Source of the DNA: Haliotis cracherodii
Lineage: Eukaryota
Length of the DNA stretch: 64,000 bases
Direction: 5' to 3'
NCBI RefSeq assembly: GCF_022045235.1
Contig: NW_027266343.1
Location: 51,616,134 to 51,680,133 of the forward strand
Shown: positions 1 to 10,979 of the stretch, in pieces
Position numbering within the stretch: position 1 is the first letter of the stretch
Layout: each line of letters opens with the position of its first letter
Translations under genes and position numbers: made by a program
Notes under the pieces: model-generated
Database searches by the model: none
Told to the model about the DNA's origin: nothing
Seen by the model: only the letters and a program-made list of their open reading frames with translations

Positions 1-323
1 TTTGTCTGTTTGTTTAGGCTGAAGAAATTAATTAACATGCGCCCTTTGTCGAAATCTTGATAGATCACTGTTAACAAATCAGTGTTCAAAAATGGGTAAA
101 ACAAATATTGCCTCCAAGTTTATTTTGCTGTCCTTGCAGACGCTAAGTTGCGTTGTGTATCATCCGGGTACTCACAATAAAAAACAATAACAAAGGCAAC
201 AACCAGTCCCGGGGAATTGGTTTAGATCAGTGCCCCTTTAAACTTAAAAGTCTTCATAGCAGGATTCAAAATTATACTATGCTCCAAAATGTCACAAACG
301 TTTTCTACCTAACACATACTTAC

Positions 324-355
324 AGCATATGAACGTTCAGATTGAAACACGTTGT
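324..355 (-). CDS. TEP1: candidate TEP1 micro-exon (TTCFNLNVHM)
   Basis: strong acceptor tttttgccattacgcag| and donor |gtaagtatg flanking a 32-nt open segment; weak similarity to recalled human LTNLHVVAAHL. Confidence 0.3.
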
Positions 356-611
356 CTGCGTAATGGCAAAAATGATATTTCAATATGGCTGACATGATGA
401 CCATGTAAAAATTTCAAATTCTGCAAGCACACTTTAGGGACAACGAAGCCGGAGCCATCCATACCAAGTTTCATCTTAACAGTCCTCGCAGTGTGGGAGG
501 TGAGGCGGGACACTGAAACTGCATGAGCTTATGGACAGACAGACAAAGAGTCATTGGGTAACTTTCAGTCCAGGAGAGATAAAACCCTGAACTCTTTAGT
601 GTAAGACTGAC

Positions 612-697
612 CAGATGGTAGGGCAGCTCACTGAAGGCACGGGTGTGGCCTGTCCATGTTCCTGTCCTCTCTGGGTCGGCCTGGCGGAGGTAGTACC
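612..697 (-). CDS. TEP1: TEP1 exon (YYLRQADPERTGTWTGHTRAFSELPYHL)
   Basis: LPYHL matches recalled human ...EALGDLPYHLLQSG; acceptor ccatgtttcag|GGTAC; donor CATCTG|gtcagt. Confidence 0.55.
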
Positions 698-1837
698 CTG
701 AAACATGGAACGCCGTATGATAGGAACACCAATATATGTTTGAAGACAACAGCATGACCATCAACCTAAATCACTGTACCGATTAATATATCCCTGTTCA
801 TGGAGGGTGTCAAATGACAAAGCCAGTATTTTCATTATAAAGAATAACAAATTTGCTGCAGACAATGATATCCACGGTGGATTCTGTTACCTGCAAGTAG
901 CTTGTGAAGGGTCAGTTCCTTGTCCGCGGCTGCAACTCGCAGATAGCGGTGACGGACAGCGGTCATTATCTCCGCATGGGCCAATGACAGACAGGTGCTC
1001 CTGGAAACATCAGGTTGCCATGGATATTAGAAGACAAAAACAAAGTCAACACACAACCATGGTGACTTTGAATAAGCAGCTTGGAGTGATGTCCCCCTGA
1101 ATATGAGAAGTCAGATCGCCATTTGGCCACAATGTTTTATTTTGTGTTATTTCAGATTGTGCAGTGGTGTTAAGATTCATTCTACAAGGACTTTGAAAAA
1201 ATATCTCTTCTGACTGTCAATTAGAGGTTTTCAATTACAACTAATAACAACCTCTGATTGAAACAGTTTATTTGTTGGCTGCATAACCATAGATGATTAT
1301 TATCATAGGAAAGTGCTTCATTCCTGTCACGTTAAATGTTGTCACAGAGATGATCAACATGGATTGTAGAGCTAGAGACCTACATATTTGATTTGCATGT
1401 TGGCATCAATACAATGCTCTTATGTTTGAGTTGCACATACAACATGTGACAGTAATATTATCGCCAGATGTCACAACACATCAATATTGCCAAACTTTAG
1501 AATACAAACAGATACCCAGACCTCTTTCAACCAATAACATTCCAGGCCCACCATATTAAAGTGAGTGAGAAAGGTTTTATCTTGTTTTTTTAGCAATATT
1601 CCAGAAATACCATGGAGGGCGACACCAGAAATGGGCTTCACATATTGTACTCACAGGGGGAATTGAACCTGGGTCTTTGGTATGATGAGGGAACGCCTAA
1701 CAACTGGGCTACCCTACCACCCCTACCATACTAAGCATCATTAAAATAAACAAACTTATGTATGTATTGGGGCAAAAACAATACAAATAGCAAACACCAA
1801 GAAAACCCATAAATGAATAATGTCCGGAGTGTCTTAC

Positions 1838-2015
1838 CATGCTCCGCTTGGGTTGAGGAAAGTCTGGATCGAGCGGCAGAGGTAAGAGAAGGACGCTGGG
1901 GGCATGAGGTCCTCGAAGTCGACCTCAATGTTCATAAAGTCATTGATGTCAAACTTGCCACTTCCTAGAATGTTCCACCATGTGAGCAGTTCTCGAAGAT
2001 CCTCCGCTGGTAGCC
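1838..2015 (-). CDS. TEP1: TEP1 exon (LPAEDLRELLTWWNILGSGKFDINDFMNIEVDFEDLMPPASFSYLCRSIQTFLNPSGA)
   Basis: ORF 1834..2034; acceptor ccattttcag|GGCTAC; donor GCATG|gtaaga. Confidence 0.6.
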
Positions 2016-2254
2016 CTGAAAATGGAGGAAACACTGCACTGATTTGTCACATCCTGAAAATTTCAGCCATTAAGCCATCAGGCTGTCAATTAATATGGGA
2101 CAGCTGACGGTTGACTACAGAACAAAACATCTTTCACTTACTCACTCACTCCTGTATGGAGTGGGAATGAACAGGTGATGAAAGGACACCTCATGGCGAG
2201 TTTAAGTTCAAGATCATGTTAATTCTTAATCAAAACAAGCATGAAATTCTCATA

Positions 2255-2590
2255 TCCCCTGCCAATATGACATGTCTGGATGTGTGCAAGGCAAAAAATA
2301 TTGCACGTTTTTTTAAGATCTGCTCCAGAATGGAGCACTACTGCTATTTGTAGTCAAAATCAAACTCGTTGCCATGGAAACTCGAAAAATAAATTTTTCA
2401 ATAATCCCAAAAATATTAAAAAGCACCAGTTCACCACTAGACCTATCTATGTGCCAAGTTTGGTTAAGATTTCTCTCATGTTTTCTTAGTTTTTGCTCCA
2501 AAACAAAACGTGATTGACAGACGGACGGAAGGAAGGATGGATGGATAGCTATATCCCTTCCACTTTTGTGTGGGGGATAAATAACCAGTT
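2255..2590. mobile_element. non-autonomous MITE-like element with ATATCCCC...GGGGATA termini
   Basis: two further copies at 23700-24030 and, inverted with an internal ~150-bp tandem duplication, at 42017-42505; shared core gttgccatggaaactcga[at]aaataaatttttcaa and a gacggacgg motif. Confidence 0.6.
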
Positions 2591-2601
2591 CAAGTTCGTA
2601 C

Positions 2602-2734
2602 CATCTCTAGCGCAGACCAGCAGAGAGAGGGCTGTGGCCACTACACTCTGGCCATGGTCAGTCTCCAGTCTACCCAGCACTTCCTGCAGCAACTGGGGCG
2701 TTGTGTGGGGCAGCGACTTCAACTTGGTGGATAT
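2602..2734 (-). CDS. TEP1: TEP1 exon (ISTKLKSLPHTTPQLLQEVLGRLETDHGQSVVATALSLLVCARD)
   Basis: matches recalled human LRTLPATVPLLLQHILSTLEKEHGPDVLPQALTALEV; acceptor tttcctccag|ATATCC; donor GATG|gtacga. Confidence 0.7.
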
Positions 2735-3940
2735 CTGGAGGAAACAGCAAACTCAGTTATCTCCAAAATATACAATAAGACCAATTATTGTTATTGATAT
2801 CATTATTATTAACGTGATCATTTTGGGGTACGGAAAGAAAAAAGTGAAAGGATGCAATTTTTCTGGTGTGCCATATGTCATCTGCACATCAGTACCCTGC
2901 AGTTCTAGATCTTTGACATACTTCATATTGATCATGGTTAGACACATCCTCCCGAGGCAAGAGAGTTAACTGACTATAAAAGTCCAGTTTCCACCCTTGC
3001 CGAACTAGGCTGTTATTATGGAGTCTATGCATAGTCCAATCAAAATCATGCAATGAAATCGAAATCCGGTTCGTAAACTGTCATGCATGTGCACCGCCAA
3101 TTCGTGGTCAACAGATATTTTCCAAATTTTTTCAAGTTTTTAATCAAGGTGCTCATGTGTTCTGATGCACTTTGCGATGTCAGATCCGTTTTATCACAAT
3201 AGAGATGTTGAATATCGATCAGATCGTCTTGACTGGGCATGTGATACAAGAGGTTGAATCTGATTGGTCCATAGTCCTGAGAGACATAGAAGGGACATAA
3301 CTAGTAATAGCCTCTGGTGGCGCTACGATCAAGCCCAGGCCTTCCAGCCTAGTTTGGCAAGGGTGGAAACTTGACTTTTAAAGTCAGTTAACTCACTTGC
3401 CTCGGGAAGATGAGATAAACACTACCACTGGTCCTTAGTCTGAGACCAGTAAAAGTCTAGAGGTATTTTCTTCTAAAATTTAGTCATTTTTCATAACCAC
3501 TCGTCAGAAATGAACTTTGGCTAGTTGCCACTGCATGACCAATTGCTCATGATTGATATACATAGTTCTCAAACTTGACCAAGGGTCCATTCCACAAAGC
3601 GATGGTTGTGCTAAGGTGACCATACCTTACCATTACTTTCGACTGTAATTCATCTTACTATGAAGGCTTTGTGGAACAGACTTTTGGTCAAGTTTGAGAA
3701 CCATCTAAATCTTTAGTTTTTTAGGTGGACTTTAAAAAACACTAAGATTGGTAAAATCTGTGGAAGTTTTTGTTTTTGGAAATCAACAGATGGGGAGACT
3801 ATGCATCATTGTAGAAGCATTAAGACCAATTCAGGAAATTGGTAAACAGTGGTAAGTTCCTCTGGGAATTGGTTGGAAATGCTCCAATCAGTCAAAGATG
3901 TGTCAACTAGAGAAACTGCCCTCCATTATTTTTTTAAGTG

Positions 3941-3990
3941 AGTGAGTGAGTGAGTGAGTGAGTGAGTGAGTGAGTGAGTGAGTGAGTTGT
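3941..3990. repeat. (GAGT)n microsatellite at a SINE tail
   Basis: similar (GAGT)n or (GGGT)n tracts at 20065-20170 and 30372-30432, (GTGC)n at 29222-29290, (ACGC)n at 54296-54365. Confidence 0.9.
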
Positions 3991-4477
3991 GTTTAACGCT
4001 GCTTTTAACAGTATTCCAGTTATATCACGGTGTGTCAGCTTAATGTGGGAGGAAATCCCGAAGTTATGCAGGTCTCAGACGTTTTCCACTTCGGTGAAAC
4101 AAACCAGGTGCTGACAAACCTAGAAACATAATCGGGGTGAACTGGGATTTGAACCCACAATCATAGGTTTCTGGCGTGTCCAGGGGACGCAACTCTGCAC
4201 AGCAAATCGCGGATATAGCTGAAGACCATAAAATGTTGTACCTCATTAAGTCATACTTCCCAAATTGGTTTACTAATAAGCAACTAAAGCATGCCAGTAT
4301 ATACTGAACAAAAAGTTAGGGATCATGAATGTTTTTTGGGATATTTTTATGAAACTGTGTGCTCAGTCTTCAATACAAAAACATATCCCCAAAATATTCA
4401 CGATCACCCACCTTCTTGGTTCAGTATAAATAAATAAATCTTGGGTATCGCAATGTGTGAAATGAATCTGTGTTACC

Positions 4478-4569
4478 TTCTCGAAGACTCCAAAGACTCG
4501 GAGTTCCTCACAGGCCAGTTTGAGGTAGAGGGGACTAGTGGCCTCCTTCTTGGATGTAATGAGCTTCAG
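4478..4569 (-). CDS. TEP1: TEP1 exon (LKLITSKKEATSPLYLKLACEELRVFGVFEK)
   Basis: matches recalled human MRLLLVKRESGRPLYLRLVTDHLRLF; acceptor gttgttccag|CTGAAG; donor GAGAAG|gtaaca. Confidence 0.8.
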
Positions 4570-4726
4570 CTGGAACAACATCGCATCACATTACCACCAT
4601 CACTACCACCAGACTGACAAATAAGCATTCACTTAAATCAGTGTGCGAGTCAAAATGTTTGCCGCTAAAATGTGTTCCAAAAATCAAGGAATCATGTCAG
4701 TGTATTTTTTGTGGTACTAGTGTATT

Positions 4727-4965
4727 TTTACAAACCTGTAGAGGTTATGAATTCTCTGATGAAATCCTCCTTGGGGCACTTATTGCATTTTCCTGGCTCA
4801 AGAAAATCTACATGACATAGTTGTAACCATTTTCCTTAATAAAAATTGTTACCACACAAAAAACTTTGTTTTTGTCTGATATACGTCCACCCTTATGGTG
4901 CCTCACCCTCCACGGCGCGTCACGCCAAGGGAAGCAACTCTCACCCAAATCACTTTCCATATGTC
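4727..4965. repeat. DIRS inverted terminal repeat (element 3' terminus)
   Basis: ~200 bp near-perfect reverse complement of 10980-11180. Confidence 0.85.
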
Positions 4966-5003
4966 TAATGCTGACGGAATGTGGGGAGGCGGGTGGCCGT
5001 GCC

Positions 5004-5097
5004 CCAAGGAGGATTTCATCAGAGAATTCATAACCTCTACAGGTTTGTAAAATTCTCTTTCAGATTAAATCCTCCTTGGGGCACTTATTGCATCAAG
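5004..5097. promoter_or_regulatory. DIRS internal complementary region (ICR)
   Basis: 5004-5058 is the reverse complement of the outer ~55 nt of the left ITR (4729-4782). It is followed directly by an exact copy (5059-5097) of the reverse complement of the outer 39 nt of the right ITR (11157-11195). In element orientation the ICR is therefore complementary to the joined termini. Confidence 0.75.
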
Positions 5098-5561
5098 ATA
5101 GACTCCTAAAGATAATCTAGGAAGTGGCATCCGTCAGCAACAAGCGTGCATAAATACATCGTATTTTGATTATTTCAATGAATAAACAAGAGTTCAATAA
5201 ATGGAACCAACCTTATCGTGAGGCACCACCGTCGAAAGGCGGGGGCTGGAGACAGGGCGTTATCGACCATACACCATGAAAAGAGCCATTCTTTGTGGCT
5301 TATCATATCGAGAACTCGAGACACACACACCCCCCACCCCCCACACTTTTTTTGAACAAGTGATATTGGGGCACAGATCACGAGAGCCTATAAACCCGCA
5401 CAGAGCTAGGCCAGAGGGTCCCCGTAATCGAAGGAGTGCATGTGCAAATACGATGATTATCGAGTGGTAATGGCTGGTATTGTATCGACCGTAGAAGATA
5501 AAATCCGGACCGTTACTGAGCAGTGTTATAACCGGTCCGGGCGGTCTAAAATCTCGAAGGC

Positions 5562-6722
5562 TCAATCGGCTAGAGATGTAGAACTTTGCCCAGTTCGGAG
5601 AACTGACTGACCAAACCGAGCACGCTCGCTTGAGTGTTTGTCGAGTTGGTAATGTTTGATGAACGTGCTCGGCTGGCTCCAAATAGCCGCGGAGCAGATC
5701 TCCTCAATGGGCAGAGCCGCGGCATACGCTTGTGTCGTAGCCACTGCTCTAACCGAATGAGCCTTCAACTTGGTAGGGGGGTCCCTGCCTTGAAGTGTGT
5801 ACGCCGTACATATAGTAGAGACTATCCACCTGGAGATTGTTTGTTTGCTCGCAGGTGAGCCAGCCTTCCTACCGCCATAACAGCAAAATAGTTGATTATC
5901 CTTACGGATACCCTTAGTTCTGCTGATATAGGACTTAAGGGTCCTGCGGACATCCAAGACATGAGCATGTCTTGTAGTGGTCCCCGACGAAGAAGGCTGT
6001 GAAAGAGCAGGTAGCTCAATAGGAGCCGTCACGTGGAAGGCGTGTGCGACCTTAGGACGGTAAGAGTCCGGCAGGCGAATACTGACCCTGTCCCGGTGAA
6101 AGACAGTTAGTTCGGGATCGGCTGACATTGCGTGAATGTCGCCTACCCGTCTGCCGGACGTTACCGCCACAAGGAACGCCGTCTTCCAGCTCAACAGCTG
6201 AAGAGAGAGAGACGACAGATCCCGAAAGGAAGGACCGGACAGCCAATCAAGAACGATTGACAATTCCCAAGGGGGACTGATCCGCCGGACAGGCGGTCGG
6301 ATCCTGTCCACACCTGCTAAAAAACGCTGCACTAATGGGTGCGCACCCAAAAGTGCCCCGTCGACGGGGACGTGAAAGGCAGCGATAGCTGTAGAGTACC
6401 CCCGGACTGTCGATGCGGCCAGGCCGACATCTAGTCGCGACTGGAGGAACTCAAGTACGACTACGAGATCTGCAGAAAAGGGATCTGCAATCCCTCTATC
6501 GACACACCAGCGCGCATAGCAGGCCCATCTATCCTCGTACTGAACGTTTGTCGAATCCCTCCGCGAAGCCAGTATTGTGTCTGCAACTCGTGCAGGAATA
6601 CCGCTCTCCTGGAGGCGATTCCGGACAGTGGCCAAGCCACCCACTGAATCCTGGGATTCGGGTGGAGGGCCTCGTTCTGGGATAGGAGGTCCGGTCGTAA
6701 AGGTAATAGAACAGGAGCACAA
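5562..6722 (-). CDS. DIRS tyrosine recombinase (386 aa); overlaps the Pol 3' end in another frame
   Basis: N-terminal core-binding-like region, then catalytic HSVRAVATTQA (H-x-x-R) and the KHYQLD Tyr nucleophile; overlapping ORF arrangement typical of DIRS. Confidence 0.8.
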   Translation of the reverse strand: MCSCSITFTTGPPIPERGPPPESQDSVGGLATVRNRLQESGIPARVADTILASRRDSTNVQYEDRWACYARWCVDRGIADPFSADLVVVLEFLQSRLDVGLAASTVRGYSTAIAAFHVPVDGALLGAHPLVQRFLAGVDRIRPPVRRISPPWELSIVLDWLSGPSFRDLSSLSLQLLSWKTAFLVAVTSGRRVGDIHAMSADPELTVFHRDRVSIRLPDSYRPKVAHAFHVTAPIELPALSQPSSSGTTTRHAHVLDVRRTLKSYISRTKGIRKDNQLFCCYGGRKAGSPASKQTISRWIVSTICTAYTLQGRDPPTKLKAHSVRAVATTQAYAAALPIEEICSAAIWSQPSTFIKHYQLDKHSSERARFGQSVLRTGQSSTSLAD

Positions 6723-8337
6723 GTAGTCGCGCAGGCTGAGTGGCTAGCTGAGACAGGACCTTGGAAATCAGAGGTACTGGGGGGAATGCCCACAGAATTC
6801 TGTCCGTCCAATCTAGCTGGAAGGCGTCCGGTGCCACCGACCTCGGGTCGGGGACTCGGGAGCAGAACGTTGGTGTCTGGTGATTCACCCCAGACGCAAA
6901 CAGATCCACCTGGAACGACCCGTATAACTGGGAGATAATCCCGAATATCCCCGGGTCGAGCCTCCACTCGTGAGGAGCGAGGATCCGGCGAGACAGAGCG
7001 TCCGCACGGACGTTGTCTACCCCCGGGAGATAAACAGGTAGCACCCTGATAACGTGTGAGTCGCACCATAGGAGGAACTGCCACGTCTCTTGGAGAAGCG
7101 ACGGAGACACCGTTACCCCCTGCTTCCGGATGTAAGTCATCGCCGTTTGGTTGTCCATCTCTAGACGCACCACTTGGCCACGAAGCAGATCCAGGAAGCG
7201 TTGGAACACCAACCTGACCGCTCTCAGTTCTAGCACATTGATATGCAGTTTGATCTCCTGCTGGGACCATAGTCCCGAGGCAGTGTGATCGTTCAGAACG
7301 CCTCCCCAGCCGGAGAGTGACGCGTCTGTTTGAACTGTGAGAGACGGCACGGGAGTGTCGAGGGGGAGCCCCCGGGACAGATTCCCGACCTCGGTCCACC
7401 ACTGAAGGTGTGCATTGAGCCACTGCGGAGTCTCGAGAACAGTCTCGAGATCTTCCGAGTTCACCCAAAGTCGACGGAGCGCTTGTTGAATGGGTCTCAT
7501 TCTCAAGCGCGCCCGCCAAACCACATCCACTGTCGCCGCCATGTTGCCCAGTAACTGGAGCCATGTACGAGCAGTGTGACTGGCGGACAGAAGGAACTGG
7601 GAAGTAACACTTCTGACCTTGGTAATGCGATCTTGTGACAGAGATACAATTCCGCTCACCGTGTTGAAATTCGCCCCTAGGAAGACTAGATTCTGAGTAG
7701 GGCTCAGATCTGACTTCTTGAGATTGACTATCCACCCTAGAGTGATCAGAATATCTATCACTTGTTGTGTAGCTATCTGACTCAGGGATTGCGATAGAGC
7801 TCTTAGTAACCAGTCGTCGAGGTACGGATGGCAGAACCGACCTTTTGACCTGGCCACTTGGGCGGGAATCAACATCAGCTTGGTGAACACCCTCGGGGCC
7901 GTAGCGATCCCGAATGGTAGAACCCTGAACTGATAACACCTCCCGTCGAAAGAAAACCTGAGGTATTTCTTGAACTCGGGGTGTATGGGTACGTGGAGAT
8001 AGGCGTCTTTTAGGTCTATTGACGTTAGCCATTTTCCGGTCTCGACAGCTGAGATCACCGAGCGCAGTGTCTCCATCCTGAAGGACGGTACCTCTATAAG
8101 TTTGTTCAGCCTTCTCAGATTGAGAATAGGCCTGAACCCTCCGTCTTTTTCGGTGACTAGGAAATATGTCGAGTAGAAGCCCTCGCTTTCCTGTCCCACG
8201 GGAACCGGTTCGATCGCAGCCTTCATAAGAAGTGCGTCGACCTCGGCACGGAGGAATTCCGCCCTCTCTAGGGTAGCAGGCACCGGAGTGTGCTTTATCC
8301 CGGAGAAGGGGGGCGGATGGTGTTTCCACCGAGGCAA
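6529..8337 (-). CDS. DIRS Pol: reverse transcriptase plus RNase H (602 aa)
   Basis: RT motifs FRPILNLRRLN, SIDLKDAYLHVP, FRVLPFGIATAP and YLDD; RNase H motifs TDAS..GWGG, NVLELRAV, DNQTAMTYI and VDNVRADALSR; no methyltransferase domain evident. Confidence 0.85.
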   Translation of the reverse strand: MPRWKHHPPPFSGIKHTPVPATLERAEFLRAEVDALLMKAAIEPVPVGQESEGFYSTYFLVTEKDGGFRPILNLRRLNKLIEVPSFRMETLRSVISAVETGKWLTSIDLKDAYLHVPIHPEFKKYLRFSFDGRCYQFRVLPFGIATAPRVFTKLMLIPAQVARSKGRFCHPYLDDWLLRALSQSLSQIATQQVIDILITLGWIVNLKKSDLSPTQNLVFLGANFNTVSGIVSLSQDRITKVRSVTSQFLLSASHTARTWLQLLGNMAATVDVVWRARLRMRPIQQALRRLWVNSEDLETVLETPQWLNAHLQWWTEVGNLSRGLPLDTPVPSLTVQTDASLSGWGGVLNDHTASGLWSQQEIKLHINVLELRAVRLVFQRFLDLLRGQVVRLEMDNQTAMTYIRKQGVTVSPSLLQETWQFLLWCDSHVIRVLPVYLPGVDNVRADALSRRILAPHEWRLDPGIFGIISQLYGSFQVDLFASGVNHQTPTFCSRVPDPRSVAPDAFQLDWTDRILWAFPPVPLISKVLSQLATQPARLLVLLFYYLYDRTSYPRTRPSTRIPGFSGWLGHCPESPPGERYSCTSCRHNTGFAEGFDKRSVRG

Positions 8338-8510
8338 ATGGCCATCCCTTAGAGTGGACAGGGTCCAGGGATTGGATGTGACTGTCTCCCATTCCTGCAG
8401 GAATAGAGCCAGTCGGCCGCCTACGGGGACATCCGGCTTGAGGCAGTGGACCCCGGCTGTCGGCAGTTCGATAACATGCGACCGTGGGTCCGCCCGGGGC
8501 TCTTCGGGCG

Positions 8511-10049
8511 CTAATGGGAACCCGATGGGTTCCCGGCCCCGCGAAAAGGCTGCTGGCCTCGACCAGCTGCCCTGCCCCGGCCCCTGCCTCTCTTGCTCCT
8601 CCCGGCGCCCTTACCTGAAGGAAGCGGCTGCTTCCAAGCAGGTGCAGACTTCTGACCCGGCGCATCAGCGTAGGAGGAAGCAAGTGGAGAGGTCCGCTTA
8701 CGCGGTTTAACGCATGGTACCTCCAACAAGGCCTTAGAATCCTTGATGGAGGCATACAACTGTGCGGCCTCTCGGACCACCTGCTGAGCCCCAGGGAAGA
8801 GGGTGGCACCCATCTTATATGGCAAAGCAAGTAGATCCTGGCGTGTGGAAGCCGAGTATTTGGATACCGACATCCACAGCCTGCGCATGCCCATGACTGC
8901 GCACATCATCTGCGAGGCACAGCTACGAATAGCGTCCCTGGCAAGATGACTATGTACCTCCGTCAGTTGCGCGGCCAACTCCGAAGAGTCGGCCGGCCCC
9001 TCTCCCGCTAACTCCCTCTGTACGGCCGACAGATAAGCGGAGTGTACGGACACCCGGAGCTGCTGACATGCGTTACGATATTGCTCCTCGAAGCAAACGT
9101 AAGCAGCCTTCAGCTCCGTACCGCACGCGGGAAAGGGTGGCAACCGCCGGCCCTGCTTGACCTTAGCCAAGTTGGGGGTCGAAGACCCCCCCAGGGTAAC
9201 GGAGGTCCAGACGCATTCGTCCACCACCGGTACCTCAAAATCACCATCCTCTGCTAACGGGTACCGCTTAATAAGTTCGGGCAGGTCGAACTTCCTGCGG
9301 GCACCCGACAACAGAGGATTGATAACTTCATGCACCAATGAGGACAGAATACGGAGCCGCACCTGGGGCGCCTTGCTCGGAGCAAAAGCGTCCCCCGGAA
9401 GGCGGAACTCAGTCGGATCCGACTGGGGCATAGGCGCAGCCACCTGAGGCAGTACCTGGACAATCTTGTCCCGTACATGCCTCAACGAGGAAACGAAGGA
9501 AAATGTTCCCGAGGTCTCCGAGTCGTCTCCCCCCTCCTCCATCCACTCCTCCTCTCTCGATTCCGAGCCGAAATTAATCGACTCTTCCCCGAGAGAAGAG
9601 GCAGACGAAGTCGGAAGGGGACGCCCGAAGGCCTGGGCCTTCGCATCCCCGGGCTGCACCCGGCCCGAAGCCGAGTCCCGGTCCCGAGGTGCCGGGGGTT
9701 CAAGGGAACCCACCTGGCTCTGGGCTAGCAATCCGCTAGAGGAAGCCTCGGCCTCGGAAGAGGCGTCTGGCTCCGCTAGGGAGAACTGTGCGTCGGTAGT
9801 GAACGGGCCAGTGCCCGCCACCCCTCCGCTGGGGAGCGACCTCGAGCCGGCGCCGAAGCCCGGTCTGAGATCGTCCCCGAGACCAAGTGGCCTGCCTCGG
9901 CCGACGCCGGGCATATCACAAGGTCTCGAAGCCGCGTCCGGCGCCGACAACGGGGAAGGCTCGGTCCGCATCTCCTCTCGGAGCTGAGACTTTACCTCCT
10001 CCATCATCGACGCCATCTGCGACCTCAACAAGGCAGAGATGTCTGCCAA
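8511..10049 (-). CDS. DIRS Gag-like ORF (512 aa; the track 'M' is a TTG, and the first in-frame ATG is codon 12)
   Basis: position upstream of the RT; coiled-coil-like N-terminus, Ser/Pro-rich middle, basic C-terminus. Confidence 0.6.
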   Translation of the reverse strand: MADISALLRSQMASMMEEVKSQLREEMRTEPSPLSAPDAASRPCDMPGVGRGRPLGLGDDLRPGFGAGSRSLPSGGVAGTGPFTTDAQFSLAEPDASSEAEASSSGLLAQSQVGSLEPPAPRDRDSASGRVQPGDAKAQAFGRPLPTSSASSLGEESINFGSESREEEWMEEGGDDSETSGTFSFVSSLRHVRDKIVQVLPQVAAPMPQSDPTEFRLPGDAFAPSKAPQVRLRILSSLVHEVINPLLSGARRKFDLPELIKRYPLAEDGDFEVPVVDECVWTSVTLGGSSTPNLAKVKQGRRLPPFPACGTELKAAYVCFEEQYRNACQQLRVSVHSAYLSAVQRELAGEGPADSSELAAQLTEVHSHLARDAIRSCASQMMCAVMGMRRLWMSVSKYSASTRQDLLALPYKMGATLFPGAQQVVREAAQLYASIKDSKALLEVPCVKPRKRTSPLASSYADAPGQKSAPAWKQPLPSGKGAGRSKRGRGRGRAAGRGQQPFRGAGNPSGSH

Positions 10050-10159
10050 AGACGGTGCAGGAGAGGGTGCAGTGATTGCGACGGGGACCCTAGAGCCTTC
10101 TCCCCCGGCCCCCGGGGAGGGAGCGGAGGAGACAGTCTCAGCTGCTTTTTTTCCCCTTC

Positions 10160-10507
10160 TTACTTTTTTAGATGGGGGGGGGGGGCGGTCTTTGCCGATC
10201 TAATGTCCACCCCCGCCTTCAATAGACCCTTAAAGTGTAAGAGGTCCACCTTCCTCTTTTTTTGCGCCCGTGGTGTAAATGCAACACAGATCGGGCATGA
10301 CCCATCGTCATGCCCGTCTTCGGCCAAACACTTTATGCAAGTATCATGCCTGTCTTGGGGGGGAATCGAGGCCGAGCACCCCGTACACAGTTTGAAGGTC
10401 TGTAAAAAAGACCGTAATTTTTGAGTTTGGCGGGAAGGGTAATAAAGTGTATCAGTGCGATTGAAAGATCGGAAAGATACGTGCATAAATTGTGCAACTA
10501 GAAGCAA
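10160..10507 (-). CDS. DIRS upstream ORF (115 aa) with a Cys/His motif and basic KKRKV; probably the N-terminal part of Gag, separated by a frameshift at the G12 tract
   Basis: CTGCSASIPPQDRHDTCIKCLAEDGHDDGSCPIC; ends at the G12 homopolymer (10174-10185). The gag frame is open upstream to ~10203 and has no ATG before the TTG at 10049. Confidence 0.5.
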   Translation of the reverse strand: MLLVAQFMHVSFRSFNRTDTLYYPSRQTQKLRSFLQTFKLCTGCSASIPPQDRHDTCIKCLAEDGHDDGSCPICVAFTPRAQKKRKVDLLHFKGLLKAGVDIRSAKTAPPPHLKK

Positions 10508-10979
10508 AGGCGTAATTTAGAATGCGATTGGTAACGCGATACTAACAGCCAATGTCGTAGTATAATTATAACACCAAAGTGGGCGTGTTACGCGCGAAGG
10601 TGTAAAAAACCCGTAAAAAAGGTAAGTGTAATTTAAAAATAAATAACACACCACCTTGGGTTTATTAAAGGAAAAGATTGTAGGCTAAAGCCCGATGATA
10701 TAACATTAAAAAACCCAAGCCGTTTTTGATGGCCCTGGTGTTACATGTATCATACGTGGCACTACAAAATGGACGCTACTACGGCCTTTGTTTTCAAAGG
10801 TATCGTACACGTGTCACATAATTACAACTTTATAACTTCACAATGCGATGTATTACGCCTTTGCATGAAAGAAATGTACCATACATACAGTTTGGTCTGC
10901 CATGGTTCTTGTACGAACGATTATCTTGTACTTTGTTTTGTCTTGAAAAAAACAGCACGTCTGTCTTAGTCAGATGACA

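Noticed and set aside
6461-8830. 789-aa minus-strand ORF overlapping the DIRS Pol ORF
   Set aside because: It is in an alternative frame of the RT/RNase H gene. Its Pro/Arg/Ser-rich composition is typical of an out-of-frame read of GC-rich coding DNA, and it has no domain motifs.
8288-9987. Plus-strand ORFs (140, 173, 96 and 83 aa) antisense to DIRS gag
   Set aside because: They are antisense to a well-supported coding region, low-complexity Ser/Pro/Arg-rich and without motifs.
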